Assembly (NCBI GenBank): GCA_951406725.2 | Contig: OX597818.1 | Coordinates: forward strand, 13,206,001 to 13,270,000 | Length of the DNA: 64,000 bases | Direction of reading: 5' to 3' | Source: Octopus vulgaris | Lineage: Eukaryota | Part shown: positions 14,849 through 27,243 of the stretch, in pieces | Position numbering within the stretch: the first letter of the stretch is position 1 | Layout: the number at the start of each line of letters is the position of its first letter | Notes under the pieces: model-generated | The model's database searches: none | What the model was told of the DNA's origin: nothing | What the model saw: the letters and a program-made list of their open reading frames with translations, nothing else | Translations under genes and position numbers: made by a program

Positions 14849-14900
14849 ACAAAACCTGTTACTCCGAGTTTCGCGTTGCCGTTCATCGGACAGTTTTTGC
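14849..14900 (-). ncRNA. Minimal type I hammerhead motif
   Basis: Minus strand GCAAAAACUGU-CCGAUGA-ACG(GCAA)CGC-GAA-ACUCGGAGU-A-ACAGGUUUUGU: 11-position stem I with one mismatch, U4C core variant, near-palindromic stem III, GUA triplet. Confidence 0.7.
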
Positions 14901-14902
14901 TA

Positions 14903-14937
<35 letters not shown>

Positions 14938-15199
14938 CATGTATACATATATGTACATTACATACATTTATGCATATACTTATACATTTATATGTATATA
15001 TATTTACCTGTATGTAAATGTTGATTTCTGTGTGCAATTTATATACTGATTAAAAATACAGTTATCCGTATCATCGTATTCAAGAAAAAAATCGATTTTT
15101 ATTTTATCTAATATTGATTTCATTATTTTATTGTCCCTCATATACATTTGGTTATTGCTGCGAATACTATTGCTAGTAATATTGGTTTACCATTTTCCG

Positions 15200-15592
15200 C
15201 AATGCTAGTAATTTCGTGGGAACTGGTAAGTCGATTACTTCGATCCCAGTGTTCATCTGGTACTTATTTATCCTGAAATGGCGGAATTTGAACTCAGAAC
15301 GTAGAGACGAACGAAATGTCGCTAAGCATCGTAACCGGCAAGCTGACAATTCTGCCAGTTCGTCCTTCTACTTATGTTAGTAATACTGGCTACAAATTTT
15401 CGCATAAAGGCAACAGTTTTAGGGAGGAGTTTAGTTAATTACATTGGTCTGAATGCTCACCTGGTACTAAATTTATCGATCGCGATTGGATGAGAGGCAA
15501 AGTCGAAGTAGGCGTAATTTGAACTCAAAAAGTAAAAGAAAATCCTGCTAATGATATTGCCCGTCATGCTAACGATTCTGCCAACTCACGGC
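15200..15592 (-). mobile_element. Two adjacent degenerate SINE family 2 copies
   Basis: CTGGTAC.....TTTATC, TTTGAACTCA and TTCTGCCA each occur twice (15200-15365 and 15385-15592). Confidence 0.7.
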
Positions 15593-16156
15593 CTTCTGTT
15601 GCTAGTAATATCGTTGCCCTTTATTTTGATCTCGTTTATATTTCTTATCCGCATCATGTAGAATACTGATCCACCCGTATCAATCCTATGTATTCCGTAG
15701 TAAAACTTCCAAGGTCTTTTATTTTTTTAAAGTTGTTAGACAGAAACGTCTTATTATCTTTTATATGCCTTTGGCTGATTTTTTGTTAGCAGATTGTACG
15801 TTAGACTAGCTGTTCCATTGTCATCGCTTATGTACAGACAAATGTAAATATACATAAATTTATTAGTCTTTGTGAAATTTATAATTAAACAAACATCGAT
15901 AATTATATATTTCAGCTGAAAGAAATAAAAAACATATTCAAATACTTGAACGAATCTTATTTCTTTATAATTGATTTAAAAACATGTGTTTCAGTTAATC
16001 CGAGGCAGTCAATTGACATAGTTGTTTGATATGTGCATAGAATTTTACGATACTGCTTCCGGTCTTCGTTAGCCTGCGTTCAAAACCCGGCAAATTCAAC
16101 GTTGAATTTTACCCCTTCATGATGGATAAAATACCAGGCTTCTGCTTGTACAAACG

Positions 16157-16198
<42 letters not shown>

Positions 16199-16199
16199 A

Positions 16200-16231
<32 letters not shown>

Positions 16232-17024
16232 CTATCACGTCCTGAATGTTTATCAACGATGTTAAGACGGAAAAGGTTTCTGTTTGTTACTACATTGGCA
16301 TTTTAATGAAGCAGCAAATACACTATATATACTATCAAATCATCCTCTATTCCAAGTGATGACTAGATAATTCAGCCTAAACCATTCCGTCCTATTTTTT
16401 GTTTATTGTGTCTCTCGATTTGCTTTGTCGAATATTACACACTTTTATGGACCCTAAGATGTAACTGAAACCTGACGGTTTTTTGTGCCCACAATTATCC
16501 CATCACCCTTATCGGTTTCAATCAGCGAAATGCTTTCTTTGTACAGGGTACTTATTTCAATAAACCTCAGCGGAATAGTAAATTAGTTTATACTTTAGTT
16601 GGATCAGAGAGTAGAACATGAATGGATTTAATTGCTAATAGGCATTTATTGTGTTCGAAACTTCATTACTTTCCTTTAGTATACATTTAAATCAGTAAGA
16701 CGCTGACATTGTAGGGTCATTAAAACATGGTTTAGAAAGAGTTTAAAGTATGTGTTACTAATTACTGTGCTCTGAATTCAAATCTCATTGGCAGTAATTG
16801 TAACTTTCGTTCATTCATGGTCAATAAATAAACAACCTCTTCAACAATATCGTTGTATCTTGTTTTTTGTCTCTTTTTTCTGGAAGAAATTGGTTAAGTC
16901 ATTTTTTTTCACAGATATTGCTTCTGTTGTTTTTACAATACTCAAGACACGCTCTCTGTTACGATACCCATGCATGACTTCATCACGTGATAGGCTCCTT
17001 TGTGTAATGGAATAATATGTCACA

Positions 17025-17275
17025 CCTTGTTAGGTTGTTGCACTCACGGTCACTAGTTTGTGGATTCGATTCCCAGACCGAGTGGTGCGTTGTGTTCTTT
17101 AGCAAAACACTTCATTTCACGTTGCTCCAGTACTTTCTCCATCAAGGGAAAGCGTCGGCCTGCTCGCCTAGCCAGCAGAGTGGCGTCATTTGATGTCTAA
17201 ATCAATGCGAAGTACATTGTGACCGGCGATGTGTAACAGCATCCGATAGTCTGGACGGTTATGTGATCACGTGAT
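17025..17275 (+). mobile_element. tRNA-derived SINE family 3 (CORE-like)
   Basis: B-box-like GATTCGATTCC followed by CORE-like GTGTTCTTTAGCAAAACACTTCATTTCAC. Only one copy seen. Confidence 0.55.
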
Positions 17276-19582
17276 GTCACACCATGTAATTATATAGTGT
17301 ATTATATAGTAGCAATATACATGCATATCATGTGCACAAGGCAACAGTATAGATTAAAATTATAGTGAATCGACCCAACGCCTATTATTTGACAGGATCT
17401 GAACTTGGAACATATCACGTGATAACCAAATAATAAAATATTTCAACGGCCACACTCTCGTTACTGTAATTTCCTCACTTTCAATTCGCTCGTAATAAAT
17501 CCCTACAACGATTCATCACTGTAAATGTACATGGGATCTGAATATTCGATTCAATCACGAAAAATACATTGTCTTTATTTTTTACTTAATTCAAAAACAT
17601 AGCATTAAGCTGAGAATTTAAAAAGGATATTTTTATTAAGCCAAAAATCAAATATGACGTAACAAACTCTTCGGAAAAAATTTCATATTTAAATATGTTT
17701 TCTTAAATTATTATGCAGCGTATGTCGAACTGATAAATGTTATGTATGTATACTTACAAAGCCATACACATATGCAGATAATCGTGCACTCCACAAACAA
17801 TGCACAAACTCACACCCGCATAACACACGCACACAGTTACGCAAGCATAATTTGTATTGAAAACATTATAAGATTTTTCATAATTGAATTGTAATATAAT
17901 ACAGACTACTGTTTCTTTCCTAAAAATAATATTAATTTAATAATAATTTCTAAAAATAAAATGACGAAACGGCTCTAAGGTATATCATCAGCAGAGCGCC
18001 AAGCAAAATGTGGAAGGCTACACATAAATGTAGTTGTAATTGATTTACTCTGCATCATTACATTAAAGCACTTATCGACCCCGGGAAGAAGTAAAGCAAG
18101 CAGGATGGTATATGAACTCAAACTTCATATGTCCGGGACAAAAAGCCTCCAAAATTATTTTATTATACGCACTGTCGAATTTGCAATTTAGAAGAAGGCA
18201 GTTTGGGGCAAAATGACATCCGTCTTAGATTTTATAATAATACAACTAAACATAGCCTATGTTTTCTAACGTTCGAAGAAAGCCATAAATATCTATCCAT
18301 AAATATCTAAATTGAAATTAAGAGATGAAACGCAGTAATTTAAGTTGACCCTGGTACTTTGCTTAAAGTATCTCTTTCAATCCAAAAGATGAAAGCGCTA
18401 GCGAATTGTAGTTCGAGTAGAATTCAGAGCATAATGGGTTACAACTGCTTTAAATTAAATTTTATAGTGTTAATCGTATTATTCTAATTTAGCCACAAGT
18501 CCAGCAAGTTTGGGAAAAAGTTACCATCGACTTCAACACTTGACCGGTACTTGAATTTATCGATCTTGAAAAGAGGAAAAAACAATGTAGAATTCAGTGA
18601 GAATTGAACGATTTAAAAAGGCGGAGCAAGTTCGGTAAAGTTTTTATTCTGACAATTTACTGATTCTAGCAGCTAGCTCCCAAAGGTTTCTGATTTTGGC
18701 ATACGGTCAACAAATTAGCTTCTACAGGGAGCAGTAGATATCATTGACCCACTTCTTGACTGGTACGTTATTTTATAAGCTCTGTAATGATGCAAGGCAA
18801 ACAGATATGAGGATGTGAGTAAATACCGCAAAGTAGTTTTCTGATTCTCTATCGATCGATACAACCTGTTGCACATTTGATAACTTCGAATTGAGAAATG
18901 GGGCCTGAAATATGGGAGATGAGTTATCAGTTGATTACTCGGGCCCCAGTAACCTTTCTTGCCAATAGCAGCAGGCGTTGTACCTAAATTAGAGATTTTT
19001 ATTTAGAAACGTTAATTGGCAAATTTGTCAGGGGCATCACACAAAATACCTTGAAATATTTACCCTGGTTCAAGTTCTGCTGAAGTAAAATTTGCCATAT
19101 ATTTTTTTTTGTCATAGAGAGCACATAGAGCTTGGGTAGATGTAAGTGACTAATCCTCTTTCATTAGCTGACCATGTAACTAAGAATCAAAGGCAGTGAG
19201 CTAGAAGAACTTTCATTCTTAGGGATCAGCAGAATAACGTACAACTAGGGTGGATGGTCTCCACTAATACCTACCCTAATAGCTACTGGTCTTTTGCCGA
19301 AATTTGAAAATATTATGATTAGGGTAGATAGAAAATACACTGAAATATTTAGTCATCGGTAAAGTCACAACAACTACTGCAGACAAACAATACTTTCCAA
19401 ACAATGTGTCAGCAAGAATGACTTTTGCATGAAAGCAATCTTGCATGGCTTTTTCAGCCACTTTAAGGAGTCTTGAAGTCCAATGGCATTGATACTAAAA
19501 AACGCGATCATAACCAGTATCAACTATGCATTACCCTCTCGCATTCCAAACAGTCTTGGCATTTCCATATTCATTTCAGAGT

Positions 19583-19885
19583 GGTTGTTGTTGTTGTTGT
19601 TGTTCTTGTTGTTGTTGTTCTTTTTCTTGTTCTTCTTCTTCTTCTTCTTACTCTTCTTCTTACTCTTCTTCTTACTCTTCTTCTTACTCTTCTTCTTGCT
19701 CTTCTTCTTGCTCTTCTTCTTCTTACTCTTCTTCTTCTTCTTCCTCCTCCTCCTCGTCTTCTTCTTCTTCTTCCTCCTCCTCCTCCTCCTCGTCTTCTTC
19801 TTCTTCTTCCACCTCCTCCTCCTCCTCCTCCTCCTCCTCTTCTTCTTCTTCTTCTTATTATTATTATTATTATCATCATCATCAT
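19583..19885. repeat. Compound (GTT)/(CTT)/(CCT)/(ATT) microsatellite
   Basis: Directly visible. Confidence 0.95.
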
Positions 19886-20426
19886 CTTTATTGAGTGAGT
19901 GAGGAGCGCATGCCACCAGAGTGATACTTGGGTAAAATATACGAAGCCCAGTATACCTATCATGACTATCTTTCTGCTAAAGTTAAACCGAGCACATGCA
20001 TCACAACCATATTTTCGCGACATGGCGATCTCATATCAAGATTAACAGCGCATGACCTTGTAGGTGGAGCGCATTTAGAATTTTCTTTAGATTGAGTAGC
20101 CCATCGGCACAAAAGGTCCTTAGGGTTGTCTAAGGATGCTGAACGAAACATCCATGTTTCTAGAGGTGAATTACTCATACCCAAAATACTTCCTATCAAC
20201 ACATGGCTACGAATGTCCCACACTACTTCTGCTGGTTAACAGAAATGAACATACCGTCAGCCACTAAGTCACATGCTCAACTGCTTCAGGTCAAACAACT
20301 GATAAGCAAATATGTGGTATTGAGCAGAATATTTGCTGTAGCCCATCTGTTATACCAAGACAAACATGTACATAATAACACTTCAAATCAGTTACGATCT
20401 GAAGCCATGTGTGTCAGTACTTGGTT

Positions 20427-20429
20427 TAT

Positions 20430-20495
<66 letters not shown>

Positions 20496-20498
20496 CAT

Positions 20499-20575
<77 letters not shown>

Positions 20576-20609
20576 TTATTATTATTATTATTATCATTAT
20601 TATTATTAT
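20427..20609. repeat. (ACT)n-(ATT)n microsatellite
   Basis: Directly visible; abuts the 3' end of the minus-strand R4-like element. Confidence 0.95.
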
Positions 20610-22266
20610 ATAAGACTTCACACAGTATTCTATATCGTGATGTTATTGATTGATACTATTGTGTCTACCGAGGGTTTGTACTGTCTGTCAAATCACAACA
20701 AGGACCTCGGACAAATAGTACTACTTTACACAATATGCATGCAGTTCCAAGTAATGCCGATCTTTTCCAATACTTTTAAATTGTAGAGTACTTATAATGT
20801 TTCAAGATGTTTTTTTCAGGTTGGGTGATATTCAACCCAATGCTCTGATGACCATAGGGACAAACTTTATGTTTGACTCTATTAATTCACACATCTTTAT
20901 GATCTCAATTCTGACATCTCAATATTTATCGATCTTTTCTCTTGCTTTCATACCAATATGCTGATCTCCTGGCACTGACACATCGATTACATAACGTAAC
21001 ACATGTTTTGTGTATTTGTTTTTTTCAATGTTCATATATCCATTTTTTGCCAATAAATACAAAAATCACATTTGTTTTGACGTAACATCAATAGTTATTT
21101 ATTTATTCCTAATTTCATGTTTGCTCGTTATATTTGACAGCCCTAAAGGTTACAATGTCTGTCCTTCAGTGCTCAAACAATTTGTGTGTCTGGAAGTCGA
21201 AGTTCCAGAGGATTTTTGCCTTCCCCTTTTCGTTCATTACCTTTTCCAATTTAAGTTAGTACTAAGGACCCATTAAAGCATATCCATACTTCCGACACAG
21301 CAGCCAGTGCAAGTTTTGAGCTACCTTGTCGTATCTGCGCTTGTGCTCTTCCTGCGCAAGACTTTCACAGGCATTAACAATGTGAGTCACGCTTTCAACA
21401 ATCTTCCCAGACATTCTGCAGAGGTTTGTTGCAGTTGTGTGATATATATTCCTTTTCACTGAATTGCTTTCCAATGCCTGATCCTGGTCAGTGATGATTA
21501 GGCTTTCAGTCTTAATTTTTAGGTCGCCCTTGCTGATGCACCTCCATAATACTTCCTGTGTGTTTTTTTTAACTTGTTAGTTTCACGGTAGAACTGACCA
21601 TGTAATTCCACACAGAGTAGGGTTTCTTCTCTTTCGTTGGCTGTTCGTGATCGGAATTTATGAGAAATCTCAAATTCACTTTTGGTAAATCCTCTTGCAT
21701 TAGCAGCATACTGAAGTATGTTTTGTTTATTTCTTTACCATATATTCTGCCATGTTTCTTCTTCCACTCTTGATGCACTCCCGTACGCTAATTAGCCCAT
21801 GTCAAAATTACACCTCTTAATGTAGAGGTTGTGTACGTTGAAGGCAGTCACAAGGTTGAGTTTTGATTTTAAGAAAAGTTTGAGGCTCAGTAATGACCTT
21901 GTCTTTAATTTCTCTGTGCAAGATAGTGGCCAGTTGCAGAATCCCAAGATACTTCTATCTATCTTCATTCGCGCCTTCCATTCTCTCTCCGTTTGGCAAT
22001 TTTATGCCCTACAATTTGCTCTCTTCTTCCATTTCAAAGTGAGCATCGCGCACTTTGAGATTCCAAATTCCATCCCTATATCCTTGCTGCACATTTGTAC
22101 AGTCTCAATCAGCCTTTCCATTTCAGGCTTTGTTTTTTTGCGAACAGTTTTAAATAATCCATAAACAGAAAGTGGGTGAGACGAGGTTCATTCTTTCTCG
22201 GCTCATAATGCGCGTTAACTTTTCATAGGAATACAGAAAATGGGACCAAGGCTACAACAAATGACA
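20610..22266 (-). mobile_element. R4/Dong-type RLE non-LTR retrotransposon, degenerate
   Basis: RT motifs FMDYLKLFA and DIGMEFGISKCA; CCHC region CRMSGKIVESVTHIVNAC..RRYDKVA; RLE motif IDVSVPGD..EKIDKY. Multiple frameshifts; foreign segment at about 21000-21275. Confidence 0.85.
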
Positions 22267-22278
22267 AGATTATTATTG

Positions 22279-22310
<32 letters not shown>

Positions 22311-22320
22311 TTCATCATCA

Positions 22321-22404
<84 letters not shown>

Positions 22405-22405
<1 letters not shown>

Positions 22406-22848
22406 GGTATTGAGGTGTCTCAATCGTGAACCTGTAAGACAAAATGCTCAGCAGTATATCTTCCGACTCAATACACCAGGAGATCAAATTCCACCGATGT
22501 GGACATGCCTTTTATCCTTCGTGGTCGATAAAATATACAACATCTGAGCTCTGTGGATGATGAAGTCGTATAATACCCTCCTGTAAAATCTCAGGACTTG
22601 TACCTATAGGAGATAATTATTTTTATTACTGGATAGACAAAGGCGGGAAACTGACAGAACCGTTCCCACTCCAGGAAAATACTTTGCGGCATTTCGTCTG
22701 GCCTTACGTTGTGAGTTCAAATTTTGCTACGGTCGAATGTGCTTTTTATCTTTCCAGTGTCGATAAATCATGTACCAGTGAAATACTCGCATCGATCTAA
22801 TCGACTAGTCTTCTCCTTCAGAAATTTCAGGCCTTAATAGAAAGGATT
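22405..22848 (+). mobile_element. Two tandem degenerate SINE family 2 copies (tail A)
   Basis: GCCTTTTATCCTTCGTGGTCGATAAAAT and GCTTTTTATCTTTCCAGTGTCGATAAATCATGTACCAG centres; CAGG.CTT..AGAAAGGATT-type tails. Confidence 0.7.
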
Positions 22849-23329
22849 ATTGGGTAGACCAGAAATCTGAGATTGTCATTTTCTTTCATTGCTAACAATA
22901 GGTGAAACCAACAAATATGAAATATAGTGACTGGCAACATAATCCCGAGGCTAATAGAAATTTTTCTATAAATGAATCATGTGATACAATGCTTAAGGGA
23001 AGAGTAACCCTTCAGACGTAAGAAAACAGCCCTAAATTGAAGATGCTCTCACTCAGCGGGAATAAAACTCAGACAAGCCAATGTAAATTCTATCCAAAAC
23101 CATAATTGTCAAATATCCACATTATTTATTCATGGTCTAATTATAAATTCAAACTGACCGCCAGACGAACGACAAGGCAAAAACACCCTTATTTTTTGTG
23201 AATTCTTCTACAAAACTATCATAGATAATATGCTCTAAATTAAAATGCCAACATGGTAATATCCACATTTTAGTGAAATATTTGCAGTTTTGCATAGTCT
23301 GATAACTTCCCAGTGGCATATCGTTTGCT

Positions 23330-24425
23330 ATTTTTATGAGATTTTGCTATCTGAGTACGCTTATGTCTTGTTTCGGTTATGGATTTCTGTCCAGGCACAT
23401 ATGCTTTTTGCAGTCACTGCTCATCAACTTGTCTCAGTCTCTCTCTCAGATGATGGCCATAGCTGAGGCCTACATTTTCAGATAGCTATCCTTGCAATTT
23501 CTCCTTGATTGAAAACTATAATGACATCATGGACAGCTAACTCCAGGCACAATCGCCTGACAAATGTTGATTTAGGACACTCTTTACAAACTAAGTTGTG
23601 AAATGATTCATTGTTATTTCGTGATCCTCTTTGCAGGTACTTATCCAAGAGTTTGTCCTCAGATAAGGTTAGGCTAGAAACACAGGCTTCATTTTATCCA
23701 GCACAAATTTTGGCAGGGAATTGTTTTGGGGGGATAACGCTTGTCATTCACCTTTTTCACTGGACTCCAGTCACCACAGTCACTATGGTTCTTGGACCTG
23801 TGCTTGACAATTGTCCTTAAGGAGGCTTTGTCATTACGGTGGTTCATGTTGGCAGCTCAATAACGACCCTGTATGGATAGGATATGTTTCTTTATTAGCC
23901 ACACAGCGCTGGATACAGACGGGACAAATTACAAAGTAGAGCTTTTCTTTTTGGGGAGAAAAAAAAAGAAAAAAAGGGAGTGAGGTAGGTCTTCAATCAA
24001 AATTGATCGTAGAAAGGAAAAAAAAAGACAAAAGAAAAAATGAAAAGACGGAAAAAAACAAAAGAAAAAAACGATCAACAGGGATCGTGTATCACAGAAA
24101 TGTCATGATGTAAAGTGTAAAGGGGCAAGCAGATAAGGTTTATCCATGGAAAGAAAAGCCTACGGAGAAGACCACGGTAACCTCGGTCATTAATATTACA
24201 TATTAACACATTTATTTGCAAGTAAGTCTCTGTTTTAAATTTTTCCGGGTTCATAGGATTATGCTCGAGGTAGCAAGCCTATCTGCACCGCCAATACCAA
24301 TATACTTTTTGCCATCATCACCGGTGAATGATTTCCCTCTTTTTGCCTGTACCAGCTCAATCAGTCTGCGCCCCATCCTCTTTTGCACATGACCACATCA
24401 TTCATATTTCTCAATTTTGATGTCC
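23330..24425 (-). mobile_element. Mutator-like (MULE) transposase relic, interrupted by a LINE 3' end
   Basis: Minus strand gives EKYE*CGHVQKRMGRRL..DGKKYIGIGGADRL (24272-24425) and LSEDKLLDKYLQRGSRNNNESFHNLVCKECPKSTFV..ELAVHDVIIVFNQG (~23500-23670). These are the CxGHVQKRMG and NxNESF..CPK motifs of invertebrate Mutator-like transposases. Confidence 0.8.
23886..24271 (-). mobile_element. 3'UTR-only copy of the L1/Tx1-like LINE
   Basis: Homologous to 27244-27540 (e.g. CAAAGTAGAGCTTTTCTTTTGGGGAG, GAAAGAAAAGCCTA..CACGGTAACC). Confidence 0.85.
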
Positions 24426-24818
24426 ATATAGATGGGAAAATCAGCATTGTAAGACTGAGACAACAGAGAGCAGAATAGGAGCTATTTCAAAGAGTGTGGG
24501 GAGCATCTGCTGAACATGGTTAAATATGACGAGTTTGTTTACCTTTTGATGGAGTAAATCTCCAAATTGAAAATTTTGTCCCGAATCACGAAATCTTAGG
24601 CCTCAAAACAGGATAACAGTTGTATGGTACTTGTTTATATCGTTTTACGTTTTGCGTCCCCATTCCGCATTGTAACATTTTGTTTTCCTTCTTTCAAGTT
24701 GTTTAGATAGTAAGTACGATTCTGATGTTAACCTCCGTCTGCAAAAAAATTATAAGGTTTATATTAAATGTTATGAATGTTAGGACGTATCAAATGTGCC
24801 AGTAACATTATAGATTTA

Positions 24819-24850
<32 letters not shown>

Positions 24851-24873
24851 ACACCACCACCATCACCATCATT

Positions 24874-24910
<37 letters not shown>

Positions 24911-25418
24911 GTAGCACCATTTTGATCAACACCTCCATGAGCTTCAGAATCATCCTCATCATCACCGTCATCATCAATAGCACCATCTTTGTTGTCACTT
25001 GAATGTCATCATCTTGGCACTCCTCGGCGTCATGGGTGCCAATGTTTCGTTATGATCATCACAATGACGATCACAATTATGATGATGATGATGATGACTA
25101 GGATGGTAATGATCACCAGTCAGCCACCACCATCAACAACAACAACATCATTAACATTAGTATCGTGAGAAACAGTGTTACAACCATTTCCATACTCAGC
25201 TGTATCCAACGATACACAACCGCTGACGTCTCTCCAAAAATATACGCTTACACAGACCTATACCCTATTTATGTATAATTTATATTCAACAACGTTGAGT
25301 CCACTGAGCAGCAAAACAACCGCCAGGACTGGCTACTAGGACAAAGGAAATATACAAGACTTATTTGGAATGGAAGAAGAATGCCAGGGAGGGAGAGCGT
25401 GTCAGGGAGAGTGTTAGG

Positions 25419-25469
<51 letters not shown>

Positions 25470-26554
25470 TGTCAAAGACCGAAAGAGAGTAAGAAGACAC
25501 GGTGAGAAGGGGGAATGAATGCTGCGGATAACGAAATAAAGAGGCTGGAACAATGCTAAGTATAGCGGATTGTTTTTATCTTTCAAGTGTTTATACGTGA
25601 AACAGTGTCGGTGATAGTGTGGATGGAGAAGGTGTTGCTAGTCATGTTGGTGCTGCCAAAGATGCAGTTTTAAACCGTTCTTGTATTGTTGTTGGTGATG
25701 TTGTGATCGCGTTTATACATTTGGTTTTGTCGCTATTCTGTTATTGTTGATCGTGGTAGTGAGGTTGGTCATAACAACATTAGTGGTCATATTGGTGAGG
25801 TCAAAGTCTTTTTGGGTCCTGGTTGTAGGGATGTAGTAGTGGTAGTAGGTTTTATGGTGGTATTTGTTGTGCTGATAATGGTATTGGCGGTTGTGTGGTG
25901 TTGGCTATGCTAGAGTTGCTTAGGATTATTTTAGTTGTGTGTGGTGATGATGTCGATGGTAGAGATAATGTAGGTTATAATAGAATTTATCAAGGTGGTG
26001 ATGTTGTCGTTGGTGATAATTTTTGTGAAGATGGTAGTATTAGTTTTTTGGGATGGTACTGGTAGCAGAGTGTTAATGGTGATAGAAATTTTTATGGTGA
26101 ATTGCTGGTGGGGAAAAGTTCATAAGGATCACTTTAGTAGCGGCGGTAGTTTTATTAATAATGGTAATAGTATTTGTTCTAACAGAGAAGGTTAGGCTAG
26201 TAATGGATTTGATTGTGGTTTTTGCGGGGATGTTGGCGCTGTTTGTATTGTTTGAGTGCTGTGTGGATATTTGTTGTGGAAGATTGAGAAATATAGAGTG
26301 AGATGGAGAAAGACAAAGAAACAGAGAGAGGACGAAAAAAAGAATGTGAAAAAAAGGAAGAAAGAAAGAGGAGATTGTTTTATCAGTGTATGGAATAAAG
26401 GAAATGTGATTTAATATAATTGACGTTTCCGAATGTTAATGTTGTCAAGGAATAACTGAAAGGGCCAGAGAGTAGAAATGAAAGATGTAATGAGAAAAAA
26501 CTACCGGTGTAGGTTGGGGGAGAAAGAGAAACATATGCCACAAATGCCTGAGAA

Positions 26555-26592
<38 letters not shown>

Positions 26593-27243
26593 AGAGGGAG
26601 AACATAGGGAAAAATCGACAAAGAATGAGAAGGTCAAAGAGTGTGAACGTGATAGAGATATAGAAGAGTATGAAGTGGGAAACGTGATAAAAGAATTTGC
26701 AAGGGAAAATCGAATGTGTAGTAAAACAACCCAAGTACAAAACAAAGATAAACATGCACGAGAAAAAAGGAGTTGAAGGGAAAACAATTTGTAGAGAAAG
26801 AAATTACACTTGTAGATGGAAATATTGAAATGAAGATGTTATATAAAAGAACTTCTTGTACAGTCTTTGCAGGGACTATGAATATTTTAAACACAAACCA
26901 GACATTAGAATGCTGCTACCCAAATATTCTAATGTTGCAAATAATGTTAGTAAAGAGAAGGTGAAGAAATTATAGGTGTAAAACAAGAGAATTTGTAATG
27001 ATTCCATATTGTGGAGGTGGGAAGGAGAAGGCATTTTGAGATTTGCGCCTGCATAAAGATTTTCGAATTAATAACGTAACGAGCAAATAACGATTAATAC
27101 AATAGGCAAAGAAATGTTGGTACCTGTGAACAGATTTACGGAAAAGGAGGAAAAATGATCAACTACTAATATTTTGTGTCTGAGGAGAGAATAAATGAAT
27201 AGTAGGATAATGAATTGTATATTTAAATTATCGATGTAATATG

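Noticed and set aside
24818-26260. CAT-rich and GGT/GAT-rich stretches with hydrophobic ORFs
   Set aside because: Decayed triplet microsatellites and low-complexity DNA.
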